From Raillietiella orientalis (Eukaryota), in the NCBI GenBank assembly GCA_036172245.1, contig JAYWIR010000012.1, positions 186,001 through 250,000 of the forward strand: 64,000 bases of DNA. The letters run 5' to 3'. Made by a program: the position numbers and the translations under genes. A model generated the notes under the pieces. The model did no database searches, had not been told where the DNA came from, and was given only the letters and a program-made list of their open reading frames with translations. Shown here piece by piece: positions 47,245-59,551 of this stretch (its first letter is position 1; every line of letters starts with the position of its first letter).

Positions 47245-48080
47245 GGAGGTTTTGTGGTTAAGGCCTCCGCGTGTGGCACTATGCGTCGCAGGTTCGAATA
47301 CTTCGGCAGATAACTGATGCCACTGCGTCGTTTGGGTTCCGAGTTTCTCCTGCAATGGTGCTGGTTGGCCGAGACATTCGGGCGTGGCCCCGGCGGTGGA
47401 TAAAGCCGGCGCCTCCCGATTAAGTCCGGAACAATGGGAGTCGACCTTCGGGTCCTCCCAGGAATAAAGGAGTGGGGAGTTCCCCCTCCAGTCGTGCAAC
47501 GGAGAGAGGACCCCCCCCACCGGGGGACCCCTTCGGTTTCAAGATGGAGCAGGAGCCCTCACGGGCACTCTCCAGTTGTTCAAAAGAGCGGACCCCCCTG
47601 TTGGGGGTCCCTCCGAGTCGTCGCCTCTTCACAGAGTGTGCACAAGGAAGCAAGCAAGAGCGATTCCCTGCGGGAAGCTGCAGCGCCCCTTCTGAGTTTC
47701 GGCAGCGTCCCTTCGGGGTTCTCTTCAGAGGAGTGAACAGGAGCGGTTCCCTTGCGGGTTCCCTCCGGAGAAGAAATTCCTACAAGCGGATCCTTTCCGG
47801 GTTCCCTTCGGAGAAGTTGAAATGGAGAGGACCACCCCCCATTACGGGGGGTGTCCCTCCGGAGAGAATGAGGGAGGAGATTCCCTTCGGGGTTCCCCTT
47901 CGGAGACAACCAGGCTGGGAGGTGCGATCCCTCCCCAAGCGTGAGAGGAACGGACTCCGAGCCCTTCCTGGATTCATAGGGCGGACCCCATCCCGGAGTG
48001 CCCCCTATCCTGAAGAATTACACTGAAGAGTTACACGACCCCCCCTGCGGGTTGCCGCGGGCGGAGGGGCGTGGAAACAA
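47245..48080 (+). mobile_element. tRNA-headed SINE-like element (subfamily 2, near full length)
   Basis: A-box-like gtggttaagg, B-box ggttcgaatac, internal GGTTCCC(T/C)(T/C)CGGAGA subrepeats, tail gattcatagggcggaccc...tgaagagttacac. Confidence 0.85.
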
Positions 48081-48834
48081 AACTGTTAATGTTTAAAAAG
48101 AGCCACGTGCTCCGCGAGGCACGCGACCGGCTCTGAGGTACCTAGCGAACCAAAAAAAAGAGAACTCCTAAGAAAAAAAAAAAAAAGGTGGAAGCAAGGA
48201 GGCGCGGTTCCCGAAAAGAATGTCTCGAAAACACCGTGGGCCTTTTCCGACAGCTTCCTCTGCCGAAAATCCGATGGCCTTTTTATTTGGGAGTGCTGCA
48301 AATGGTGGATTCAAACGCTTGTACATCCTTCTTAGACACGCAAGAGCGTTGTTTCTTTTTTGTTTGTGAGGCAAAACAAATTCGAATAATTCGATTCATT
48401 TTTTAATCGATTTTAATTTGTCTTAAGATTGGAAAATCATTAGCTTGTAAGGCAGTGTAGCTGTTTGCGCGCAGTTTCTGAAGTGTGGCAAGCAAAAGAA
48501 TGTGGCTCGTGAATCGTTTCTCTGAACACTTCGTCAGAAGAGCTGCTTTGCTTTCGAAAGAGGACGTGCCGTTGCAGTGGCCAGTGTCTGAAGGACACCC
48601 GCGGTAGAAAAGGAAAAACAAGATCTACCGGCGCAATGATGGGATGATCGTTTGTTCCTCGTGGTCTCTTGGGTTATCTACGATTTTCCTCTGAAAGGCA
48701 TCTTGTAATAAGCCTGTTGTATGTCCTTAGAATCCTCTCTTCAGAATTTTGATTCAGGAGTGATTTTAACTTTATGATTTAATGAGTGACACAGCTGTAT
48801 CTATGGTGAATGCATCTATGATAGTGTCTAATGG

Positions 48835-49090
48835 AGCGGCACGATATTCACGATGATCTTTCTCTTCAGCTCATTAGCTCGGGTTTACATTGCTTTTGAG
48901 GCCGCCACTATTGACACAAGTAGAAAGATACGTACTTTTCGAGGGAAGTCAGTTTCTAGAAAACAGAAAGGAAATGGAAGACAAACGAAGAGTGGACATG
49001 CCGTGTATATTTCATGATCTCATTTGTTGCCTGTTTAAATTTGTTCCTCCTTTATCTTCCTATTGGTCATTTCCATCTTCCATCTGCATT
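48835..49090 (+). repeat. Dispersed direct repeat, copy 2
   Basis: See 42240-42500. Confidence 0.8.
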
Positions 49091-50018
49091 TGGAAAACAT
49101 CGAGATCTGAAGACCGCTTCAGTCCGGGTGCTGCATTGAATTTCGGGATCAGGACGTGGTACGGCAGTTACAGGCTGGCCAAGGAATCGTTCCATCGGAG
49201 CGCGGACGTGTGAGATTTCTTTTTTCGGCAAGAGTATCCTGCTTCTAGAGAGTTTTAGATGGAGAGCTCTGACAAGAATAAGTCTTTCCGACATCCGTCC
49301 AGTTCCCAAACAGTAATGGAGATTTTGTTTAAGGCGGCTGCTGCGCTTTTCAGCTGAATCCTTTCCAGCTTGCATACCCCACTTGGGACTGTTTCCAAGT
49401 TATCAGGAATGAATACATTCAAGCATTACCTTTTCCTACTTGAAATGTGCATTCGCAGTGAAAGAATTCTCTTTCGCATAACATTCATTCACGCACCACA
49501 TCTGCATCTTGTGCCATTTGGAAGACAGAATGCACCTCTATAAGAACACTGCAGCGACTGACTGGAATTCGTATGCTCCGCGTTCTTTTCTTGCATGTAC
49601 GTTGTTTGAATCGTACATCCATGGTACTGTATTCCTGTTCTGCATTCAAGTGTATTAGGGATATGATTCATTTGCAGCCAACTATGCTGTTGGTTAATAT
49701 ATTACTGAGGAATGGCAATGCGGTTTTCATTTGTACCGAAGAGTGCCTCCATCCGTTGTACATTAAGCATTTCAGTATATACGGAGAATGCATCGGCGCC
49801 TGCTTTTCGGTAATAACTTCCTAGTCAGCTAGTATTATCTCCTCAACTTGAATCATCCTACACCTAGATATTTCAGAACTAACGTTACTCGAATCTGGAA
49901 ACTTTCCTTCTTACAGGAGGACTTTGTATTCGGAGTCTCGTTGATAATCGCTGGACTTCATTCTCATGCAAAAGAGGTGCCAATTCATTCTGTTTGGAGA
50001 TATTTTTCGATACGGTAA

Positions 50019-50050
<32 letters not shown>

Positions 50051-50204
50051 AAACAAGTGTCTTCTCGTTCCACAAACTTCCTCTATTTTGTTTTTCCCTC
50101 GTCCAAAGACAAAACGTTTGCTCTGTGAGGGAAAAGTTCCGCGTTCCGGGGACGCGAGGCTCCTTGGACCCTGAAAAGCCCAGCGCGGAAACCAGGTTGT
50201 ACTT

Positions 50205-50456
50205 GTACAACACTCAAGCTAGGGTGTACGCTCCACTGCCGGCTCCGTTCTTCCTGCCGCCAGCTTCCCAAATCTGGGCGATGGGGATGCCTCCAGCAGC
50301 CGGGGAACGCCGGACCGCCCCTTCACCGTCTCGGAAGCTGTGGAGGTCGAATCTTGGGAAAGTTCGTCTACGCATGCAGGCGCCCCAGGAAGACCTTGAA
50401 ACGTTGGTATAACTGAGTGACTGGTATGCAGCAGGGAAGATGTTGCGGCATTTCAA
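50205..50456 (-). mobile_element. Tyrosine recombinase C-terminal relic (DIRS/Ngaro-like)
   Basis: DLHSFRDGEGA...AAGGIPIAQIWEAG...SGAY resembles the YR motif HSFR.G.A...AA.G.P...I...G.W.S.AY. Confidence 0.5.
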
Positions 50457-50941
50457 TCAATACGGGGGAAACAAGTACCCAATAAGATCAAGGTCTAACG
50501 AGTGACTCATACAGGGCTTGGAATCAGCTGGGGCGCATTGGTATATTTTTGCTGGTTTGAGCCGAGTTTTCGTTGGATGAATTTGCTTCTCGTTTTAGTG
50601 AACTTTGGTTCCTCATTGGTTTCATAGAGCTTGTAAAGAATTTCCCTGGTGTCGTGATACGTTAACGGTGTCAGCAAAGGAGGAAAAAAAAACCAAAAAA
50701 AAAAAGGCTCACCAGTAAAAAAAATTAACATTGAATGGTTCCTTTACAGAAAATAAAATAGTAAGGTTTTTGTTTACATCTATGTGCATTCAATTAATTC
50801 TTCCAATTTAAGTAATTTTTGACTCAATTGACTTTCACTATGAAGTTTCTAAATTTGCTTGTTTGGAATGTAGTGTTTGTATTATGTCTACATTATGGAG
50901 TTAGTAATAATTCTTACTGATAGCACAGTTGAGCCGAAAGA

Positions 50942-51576
50942 ATGGAGTATTTACAATGGGAGATTGCTCCACTTCGTCCTCTGGATGACTTTTTATGTGA
51001 ATCAGCTAGATTTCAGTTACCCAATTTTAAAACCCCAGATAGATGGGCAAACAGAATAACCAACAATCTTTTGTACTATCAAAGCAATTATTTTGTAACC
51101 GCCATATTAATGTTTACAATGGTTGGGTAAGAACTTAAACTTGCTTTCACAAAGATGTCATTTAGATTGCTGTATCCAACTAAGATTCTATGTGGCATGT
51201 GTGTCACAGCTGGAGTATTTGGATTATTTTGTTATGTAACTCAGAGTAAACCCCAAGCAGTTGCTTTTAAACGAGACCATCCAATTTTAAGCTTGTTAAT
51301 AATTGTGAGTGTTGCCTACTGCACAGTATATTTATTGGATTCTGTCTTGGTTTTTCTCTATGGAATTCTATTGCCAGCATTCTGTAAGTATTTTCTTCAC
51401 GAACTTTTCTTTTTATCCTGCAGTGTGTATCAGTGATTCTGTTACATGCATCTCTGCGACTCCGCAATCTCAAAAATAAATTAACTAACCGTATTGAAAT
51501 GGCAGGAAATAAAAAAACGCCAATGGGACTCCTGTTAGAGCTGTTGGGGCAAGACAGCAATTTTCTTAATAATTAA
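50942..51576 (+). CDS. ARL6IP5: PRA1 family protein (ARL6IP5/JWA/PRAF2-3-like), 3 exons
   Basis: [52 protein letters not shown]. Introns at 51127-51165 and 51384-51433. Stop at 51574-51576. PRAF2 versus PRAF3 orthology is not resolvable. Confidence 0.93.
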
Positions 51577-51696
51577 CTAAATACAGATTTTGTTATTTTT
51601 AATGTATGTCTTCTTTTCCAAACACAGCATCAAGAATTTTGGATAAAATCTGCTTCTGATCTAAACATATAACATAAATTACCTATTTTATGTTTG

Positions 51697-53117
51697 TTAT
51701 TTGCTCTTTTTATTCTGTGTCACAGCAGCATTAGCCTTAAGCACAGCACCTGGACTGGGATAGGGGCGCATCTGATACAAAGGTCCTGATGCTGTTACAT
51801 CTGCTCCTGTTTTTGCTTCATTGCCTTTCATGAGACCAGAGGACCAAGTTCCTCTGAAAATCCGTGCATGCACATCAGTGATTCCTTTGCCTGATAGGCT
51901 AACCTGGGGGTATCAGAGTAGGATGCTGGATCCATAGGATCAAGATCGTTATCCTTTCGTTTTATTCTGCTGCGTGAATATTCTTCTTTTCGCCCCACTC
52001 TCCTATCTTTATTGGCAATCCAGTCTCTTCTGTCACGATCTCGCCAATCCATATCTGGATCTGAATCCTGCAAAATTATATAAAATGTAAATCAGAATCG
52101 TAATGCAAATTTTAAATGCATTGCAATGTTAACCCTAAATGATTCATTAAATATCATAAGGTGATTTACTTCTCCACTATCCACATGTGTTGTAGTTTCC
52201 TGTAATCTATCTTTTTTGGCTTCTTGCAAATCCTTTTTCAGCTGTTCTCTAAGTTTGGCTGCTGTGCATGTAATTTTGGCTCGTGGATGTCCTGGTGGTA
52301 ACCATGATACTTGCTCAGTATCAACATTCCAGTAGTAATAACGGCCACTACAAGATATAACTACATTAAGTAACTACTACCAAGAGCTCTCTAACCTGCC
52401 AGGATCAAATGCTTCTTTCCATGCTTCAGGAAGAGGATATTTCCTAAGCATGATGTGACGGCGTCTGTCAGTTTCTGGATCTGGGTCACAGCCTCTACCC
52501 CAATAGGTCCAACAGAAATCTGTACAGTCATGATAAATATTCCACTTATTAGGGCAGCTGGGAGAAACCTTTTCGAGCAGAATTATACATGCAGTTTTAA
52601 GCACAGAAATTACTTGTGCACTTACTTCTTTTGTATAATCAACATTAGGATCTAATTTTCCAACTTTATGAATGAAGCTTCCATGATCTGACAAAGACTT
52701 TGATGCATCTTCACTGTGATCATAATCTTCGGCAATGATTTCCTCCTCAGGTTCTAACCAAAAATTGGCATATTTTGAATATGGTAATAACAGTGTATAA
52801 CTACATCTTAGCATCCTCAGATTACCTGAAGGATTTTGGATACTCTATTCCAATGGAGCATCATTCCAATTATGATAGCTCTTGGAATAAAATTATGAAA
52901 TTTCATTGCAAACTGATTTGTGGAAACAGAAAATAATAAAGAGTTCCGTAATTCTAATACGCGATTTGCAGTGCTTATTTGTGGATGCCATTTGTATTAT
53001 ACCACTAATAAAGTTTCCTACAAAAACACTTAAAAGTATCAATAAATTACCATTTTGTATTCCCTTAATGATCCCTCTTTTCGCTAGTTTGGCTGCTAAA
53101 ATGGGAGGCAAGGGCAT
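51697..53117 (-). CDS. PQBP1: Polyglutamine-binding protein 1
   Basis: [29 protein letters not shown] domain ([29 protein letters not shown]), [33 protein letters not shown]. Stop at 51697-51699. Confidence 0.96.
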
Positions 53118-53119
53118 TT

Positions 53120-53500
53120 TCACGCGGTAACTTCTGAGAAAGCAAATGTGCGGTCTTCTATTCCAAGTAAAATACCTTCAAAGTACGCTTGAAACCAAGA
53201 CTGGATGCAACCATAGTTCTACATATCTGTTCAGTGCACACAGCTTCAAGTGTTTACACATGATCCCCTGTTCCCATGCAAGGGTGCAGCAGAACCGCGT
53301 GCTTATGACCTGAACAATTTAATTTGGATCTTCTGTTGCATCCATTCATACCATAAACAGCAGTGCTTTTAAGTATATATAAGAATATCCAGTTAATAGT
53401 TTATTTAAAATTATGTCGTACATCGGTAACGAATAACGATATGAATAAATATAGCTGTAAGTATGTAAGCATATCACGCAAGTTGCTGGAGACATTGCAA
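53120..53500. promoter_or_regulatory. Probable divergent promoter region of PQBP1 and RICTOR
   Basis: CpG is locally retained immediately upstream of the PQBP1 ATG, and the next recognisable gene is on the opposite strand. Inference only. Confidence 0.35.
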
Positions 53501-56500
53501 GACGATTAAATTAAAAAAAAAAAATTATATATCAATCTAAAAATAATTTGATGAACATATCTGATGATCAAAGGATCCATTATATGCAAGTTACTTATAA
53601 ATTATTCATTAAATATTCATTGCAGCCATAAAACACTGCATATTCCCTGATATCGCAATATATTTCATAGATTTGTATACTCCGAACATATACATCATCA
53701 CATTACATGTATAGGTACAGCAGTACGATTTTTATCATATAAAACAATCTTTTCACAATGATGTAGTTGTTTAAAGTCTTTTTTATTCATATTATGCAAT
53801 TTTTATAGTGTCTTCAGGTAACTTTTTAGTTCCTCAACTAGTTAAACAGGATAGCTATGTACTCGAGCCTGAAACAAAAAGGATTCCTAAAAAGGTGACA
53901 GGTCTGTGAAAAAAAACACACACACACGCATATTACTTTACGGTATTGATCTTGGCATTTTTCATTGTTTTTATCTAGGAGTGCATGCATGTATTCAGTA
54001 ATATTTCATTAAAAAATTGTGGTTTCAGAAGTAATGAAAAAATCAATTCAAAACGAAAATCTTACTTCAATTAATACAAAATAAAGAATCTTATTCAGTC
54101 CTTCTTATCTGTTTGTTTTAAAAAGCCATTGTATATGATGGACTTTGCTTAATATTATATACATTAATATAATAACTTTAACGGTGGCAATATTTTGGAT
54201 AAATTAATCTGGTTCCAGTTGATTAAAAATAAGGATAAACATAATTAGAAAGCGATTAGAATTTCAAAAATTTGCTAGCTCGGAACGAACGAGGGATGAA
54301 TAACTAAGAAGAAATTCTGTTATGTTGAACTTGAGATCTGAAAGAAATAACACCAGCACTCATGAAGGAGTGCACGTAAAGTATGAGATCTCAATATGTT
54401 CCTAGATCTATGCTGCTCATTGTTCTGAGGGGCTTGGGATCCTTCCAATTAAAACAAAGAAAATCTTATGGTCATTTTATTGATTAGTAGATAATAATGC
54501 TTAGGATGAGGAAACATTATCATACGCCTACAAAAAAATACGTAATGGATAGTAGTTCATTTCAACTTCGAAATATCTTACTCTTAGTTTTTGATCAATA
54601 ATCCACACATCTGTCGTGAATGTGGATGCCAATGGATCAGTAAGGTATTGAATCTTTAGTGAGAAGTGACAAATTCTGCTTTAAACATGATACCCTCAGT
54701 CTCATATGCTATTTAAAAGTAAGGGTTCTTTCATTCTCAAAAAGCATTTGCACATATTCTTTATGAAAATCACAAGCAGTTTTCAGGATGTTTTCTTCAG
54801 AATGGTTTTAAATACTTCATCACTTTATGGATTTTTTTTCTGTAATACATCTCAATTTCGTCGGATTTGTAAAATCAGTAAATTTGTAATACAGATGAAA
54901 GTAGATGCTGGAAAACAAGCACTCTAGCAGTCTTCTGCATGTGTGAGCCCGAAAAGGAATGAAGACAATGATTGCGGTCTAATCTAAATAAATTTCAGCT
55001 GCTGAGACTAAGAAAAAACTGCAAAGCACACATTATAGCGTCATTGTTTTCAACTTTTAATTTATTAATCTTGGGAGCATTTATTAATGCTCCTTACTCC
55101 TCAGGAAATCTCGGTATTTAGAGTATATGCACTTTAGTTACATTTTTAGTTACGTAATACGAGTAATAGCAAGTACTCTTACTTATGTAGTAGTCAGATT
55201 CCATTTGACAATTGCTGATACGTCACTAAATTGCATAGGTTTCCTCCAAACTTTTTGAGATTTATGTATAATTCTTAACAGCAAAATTACCTTGATTATC
55301 CAGAGGTTACTATTCTTAGTTTTATTGTTTTTTTTAGTGGGATAGAGTCTGAGCCCCTCATTACAGAGAAACAAAAGAAACGCAATCATTGCAAAGAATC
55401 ATTTTAATATCTTTTCAACGGGCCTACACAAAGATGACATTATTGAAAATTTGTTTTTTCAGTTAAGCTTAGTATGTAGATAAATAATAGATTTAGAAAT
55501 GAATAAATAAAAAGGCATAAAAATGAATCGATTACAATGGTTTCATAGGAAAACAAATTTCTGTTTAACTGTTCGGTATAATTACAGCTGAAAGTCCGAT
55601 GCTTTTTTTATTGCGGAATAGTCAACTATGCATTACCTTATTTATTCATTGCAGTAGATTTTTAATATTTGTTACTAGTATTTTAATTATAGAACCCATG
55701 TGTGAATGTATTTTAATTTTATGTGAATCTTTACATGATATTCATGTTTCAACAAACGTTTGTTCAAATGCATTCTAAATATTGGATAGCTTGCGAATTG
55801 TGAAATGGAGGTGCCTGTAATACTGTGTACGTCTGTATTATAGTAGTGTTTTAGTTCTCTGAAAGCAAGCTGATTTGATCGTTTGTAAGTGTATTCAAAA
55901 ATGTAATGAAAGTAAAAATTAATGTGACTTTTGAGGCATCAATATGATGACATTAAGTACAATGAAACGATATGAAGGCGAAATGTAAACAATTTTCGGA
56001 ACTTAATCGAGGTATGCTTGTTACGATACCAGTAATCTTGTTGTTCATTTGATTGTTTTCATAAAAATGCCAGTGTCAGTTAGATGTTTGGCCTCTGATT
56101 GATTGGCAGTGAGAATGCATCAGTATAATTTTACAAGACATGTGTTTGGTGCGAATCGATGACAGTGATCAGTTACGAAATTTTTGAATAGGATTTTGAT
56201 GCAGAGTCCAGAGCCTTGATGCAAAACTATTGTTTAAAAGTGTTTTGTTTATGCAGAGCAGTGTTTGATGCTCCCAAGTTTTTATAAATCTGTTTATGCA
56301 TTGGAATCATTTTTTTTTTAACTAACTACTTAGTAGAATGCTTTAACAAATTAAGTATGATAGCTCAGAGTTTGATGTAAACATTAAGTGCAAACTAGCT
56401 ACATAACATGAAAACACATGCATTTTTGGAAGCATGTGTGTATCAAATCCGGGTTACATTTCATGATCATATTGTGAAAATAAATACATCCCTAACAGTA

Positions 56501-59500
56501 CCCCAATGTTACCAGATATTTAAACATATTTAGATCAGGGAGTTTGTCCTACATTAAGTCAGCTATTCAAGTTAAAATGAGTAACTGTAGTTTCATAAAT
56601 ACATGGTGGCGGTGATAATTTGTGAAACGTTGAAGATTTTTTTTCAGAAATGGACTATGTGCATTGGTTGCAATTGTTTTATCATTTATTTCAGATATAA
56701 GAGGTCTGAAAAAAAATTTCAAGATTAATTCAGTGATATGCTTTTCATTTGATCTGCAGTGATTTTTTTGTTTGTTGATGCGTGTTTATGGGCAAACAAT
56801 ATAATCATTCATTTTGGTATCTAATAGGTGTCTAATAATTATGTAGATTCATTTGAAGCCATTGTGTTAGTTATAAACAATGAAAGCAATGGTTATAAAC
56901 TAATAATCACTCTGTATATTGTACATATTAATAGGGAAGTAGGGAAGATCCATTTATATCACTCTGTTATTTAATGATACAGATATAAAAGGATCTTTCT
57001 GCCCAGCTCTGAAATTCTTACCTATGTTTTGTTATTTCTGATAGTTACCGAAGTTTCTTTTCATGGATTATACCTTGTATTACAACCAGTTTGTATTTTC
57101 TTCTAAATATGAATCTCCAAAAATTCGCTTTTAGCTATTTAGTGTTCTGTTTACATGTTTGTGTTTGTTTGCTAAAGGTAAAAGTCTCTTTTTTCTGCAT
57201 CATTACTCATGTTTTCAATCTGGATCTCATTGATTCTAAAGTGTTTCAGAATTTCTTCATGTATCGCTTTTTGGTTTTCTTCAAATTTTGTTGTTTATCC
57301 TTTGTTATGTAACCGTCTTTAATATCTTGTGGTAACTAAAATAATTTTAAAATGACAATTAGTAGCTCTGTGAAGCAAAGATCAAGTTTTTTTTTTTTTT
57401 TTTTTCAGATTTTCACTTCTGGAGTGCAGTGTACTTAATGATTTCACTTCAAATAATGAACATGTTTGCAGTCATTTAATTTGATCTTTCTTTTCATATT
57501 TACTTAAAAGCTCGTACTTTTAGGAAAGTATTCTGATATTGTTTCATTGTTTTGATAATGCAGTAGTAGTACATTGTATGAAGGTATTGAAATGAAAGAA
57601 GAATAAATTAGTTGTGTGCTTATGAAAAAGAAACAATCTTGAAGTATGTAGTCAGGGTAATTAGTAGCAGTTATTATTTTTTAATCCTTCATCGTTTTTT
57701 TAAAATCTTGCTGCATACTATTTTCAAAATGCAGCTTAAAGGTTATAATAATGGTTGTAAGAATAATTCACTTCATCATAGTTTGAAGCTTTTCAAAATA
57801 ACACATACTAGAATCTCAATAAGTAATTTCATTATACTAATACAAATTGCCTCTGTTTTTCTGGCATAGCCATAACTCTTCCTATCATATTTTCTCATCC
57901 ATCACACTCTGGTATCATGCATCTCACTACACAATGAACAAAAATTCTCTGATTGTCTGAAACAAAATTTTCAGTGAATGACTGTCACACATGTTATGCT
58001 TCACTGATAGTGTCAAATGTACTTAGACATCAGTTGATTTGATTTTTTTAGCTAAATTTAATGAAGTTTGGTAAGGAGCATGTTTATCATTGATGTGCAG
58101 CAAATGCACAGGAGAGTTTATATCCATTGTCTCTTTATTTAAAAGGAAGTTGCCATTGCATGCCATCCTCGTTTTATTTATTTTGCATGCAAAATGTTCT
58201 GAGGTGAAATTATCACGTCTTTACAATCTGGTTCTTTTCTTTGCTTGCCTAATAACTAATTGAGTATTAAATCTTTAGTGAAATCAGGAGCAGATGATAT
58301 ACCAATTAGTTACCAATTTCAGTCTGTCTGAAAATTGAAGAGCAATGCAGTGTTTCTTTCATCTGCAGATGCCATGCCTTTCATTCATGCCCTTTACCAA
58401 TGTTTTAGCCATGTGATTGTTTTATTGATATATTTTTTTGTAATAACCAGGAATCATTTTTGTTACATGGTAATAAAGTGTATGCAGGATATAATTAGTA
58501 TCAACAGAAGGATTAGTTGCTGTGGTGGTACTTTTGAATTCATGAGTAATTTTCGACATGAGTTTTTATTTGCAGTTAACATAAACAACATTCAGAACCT
58601 AGCAGTTTAATTTCGTGATTTGCAGTTATGGCAGTTATGCTGACTACATTCATTATGGACTACATTCATTATGCTTGCTTCCTAATAGAGTGAACTACAT
58701 GTTGGAAATTGAGGAATAGAATCTTGAAAGTATTTGATCAATAAGATGTAACAGAAAGAGTAGAATGTTTGAAATTTTGTTAATTGGAACCAGTATGCAT
58801 AAATGAGAAGATTAAATTCCAAGTTTAATTAGAGAATTTGCATCTACACTGTAAAATGAATTTGCATTTATTCATTGCAATGCATTGTGGAACCAAGTAG
58901 AACCAGTGTGTCTGTTCGTATTTTTCGTTTTGGCAATATTGACGGATAATGATACAAACACAACTGAAATTACAAGTTACTGTTCAGTTGTTTATCATTT
59001 CAAATTGCTGCAATTACATATGAAAGGCAGGAATAAAAAATAATTGAGTTTCCACTCCTTGTGACGATATGTGAACCTTTATTAAAAATATTAAGCAAAT
59101 TGTACAATACTACAAAGAATTCATTGTATTACATTTTCAACCAGGCTGTTAACTAAGTATTTCATGTGTGTAGCTTCTGTGATTTTTTTTCCCGCCAAAA
59201 AGAATTTTCCAGAGAGATTCTTGCCATCATTTACACATAGTATACAATTCTGAAAATAGCATAGCAGCTTGATGCCAGTGGAGTTTCTTTTACATAGACG
59301 ATGCATATTAATTTAGAAACTATATTAAACATGTGATATTTGGTTGCAGGGTTTTTTTCATTGTATTGGTATTATGCATGATAAGCTATGCAGTTTTCTA
59401 AGTAATGGATGTATACATAGAATGATTTATGTAACTGTTATGAATGATGTTCTGAATTCATAATTGTTATGATTTTGTATCTTAATGTTTAAAAACTTAT

Positions 59501-59551
59501 TATTCCCATATATATGAAAGAAATGATGCAAGTTTATCTTTTTTATTGTAG

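Noticed and set aside
47690..47910. CRISPR-like repeat-spacer array
   Set aside because: Repeats are degenerate and irregular, the intervening sequences recur in other copies of the element, and there are no cas genes.
5300..50700. Bacterial insertion, prophage or giant-virus island
   Set aside because: It contains spliceosomal-intron genes and eukaryotic TE relics, with no operon-like or viral hallmark ORFs.
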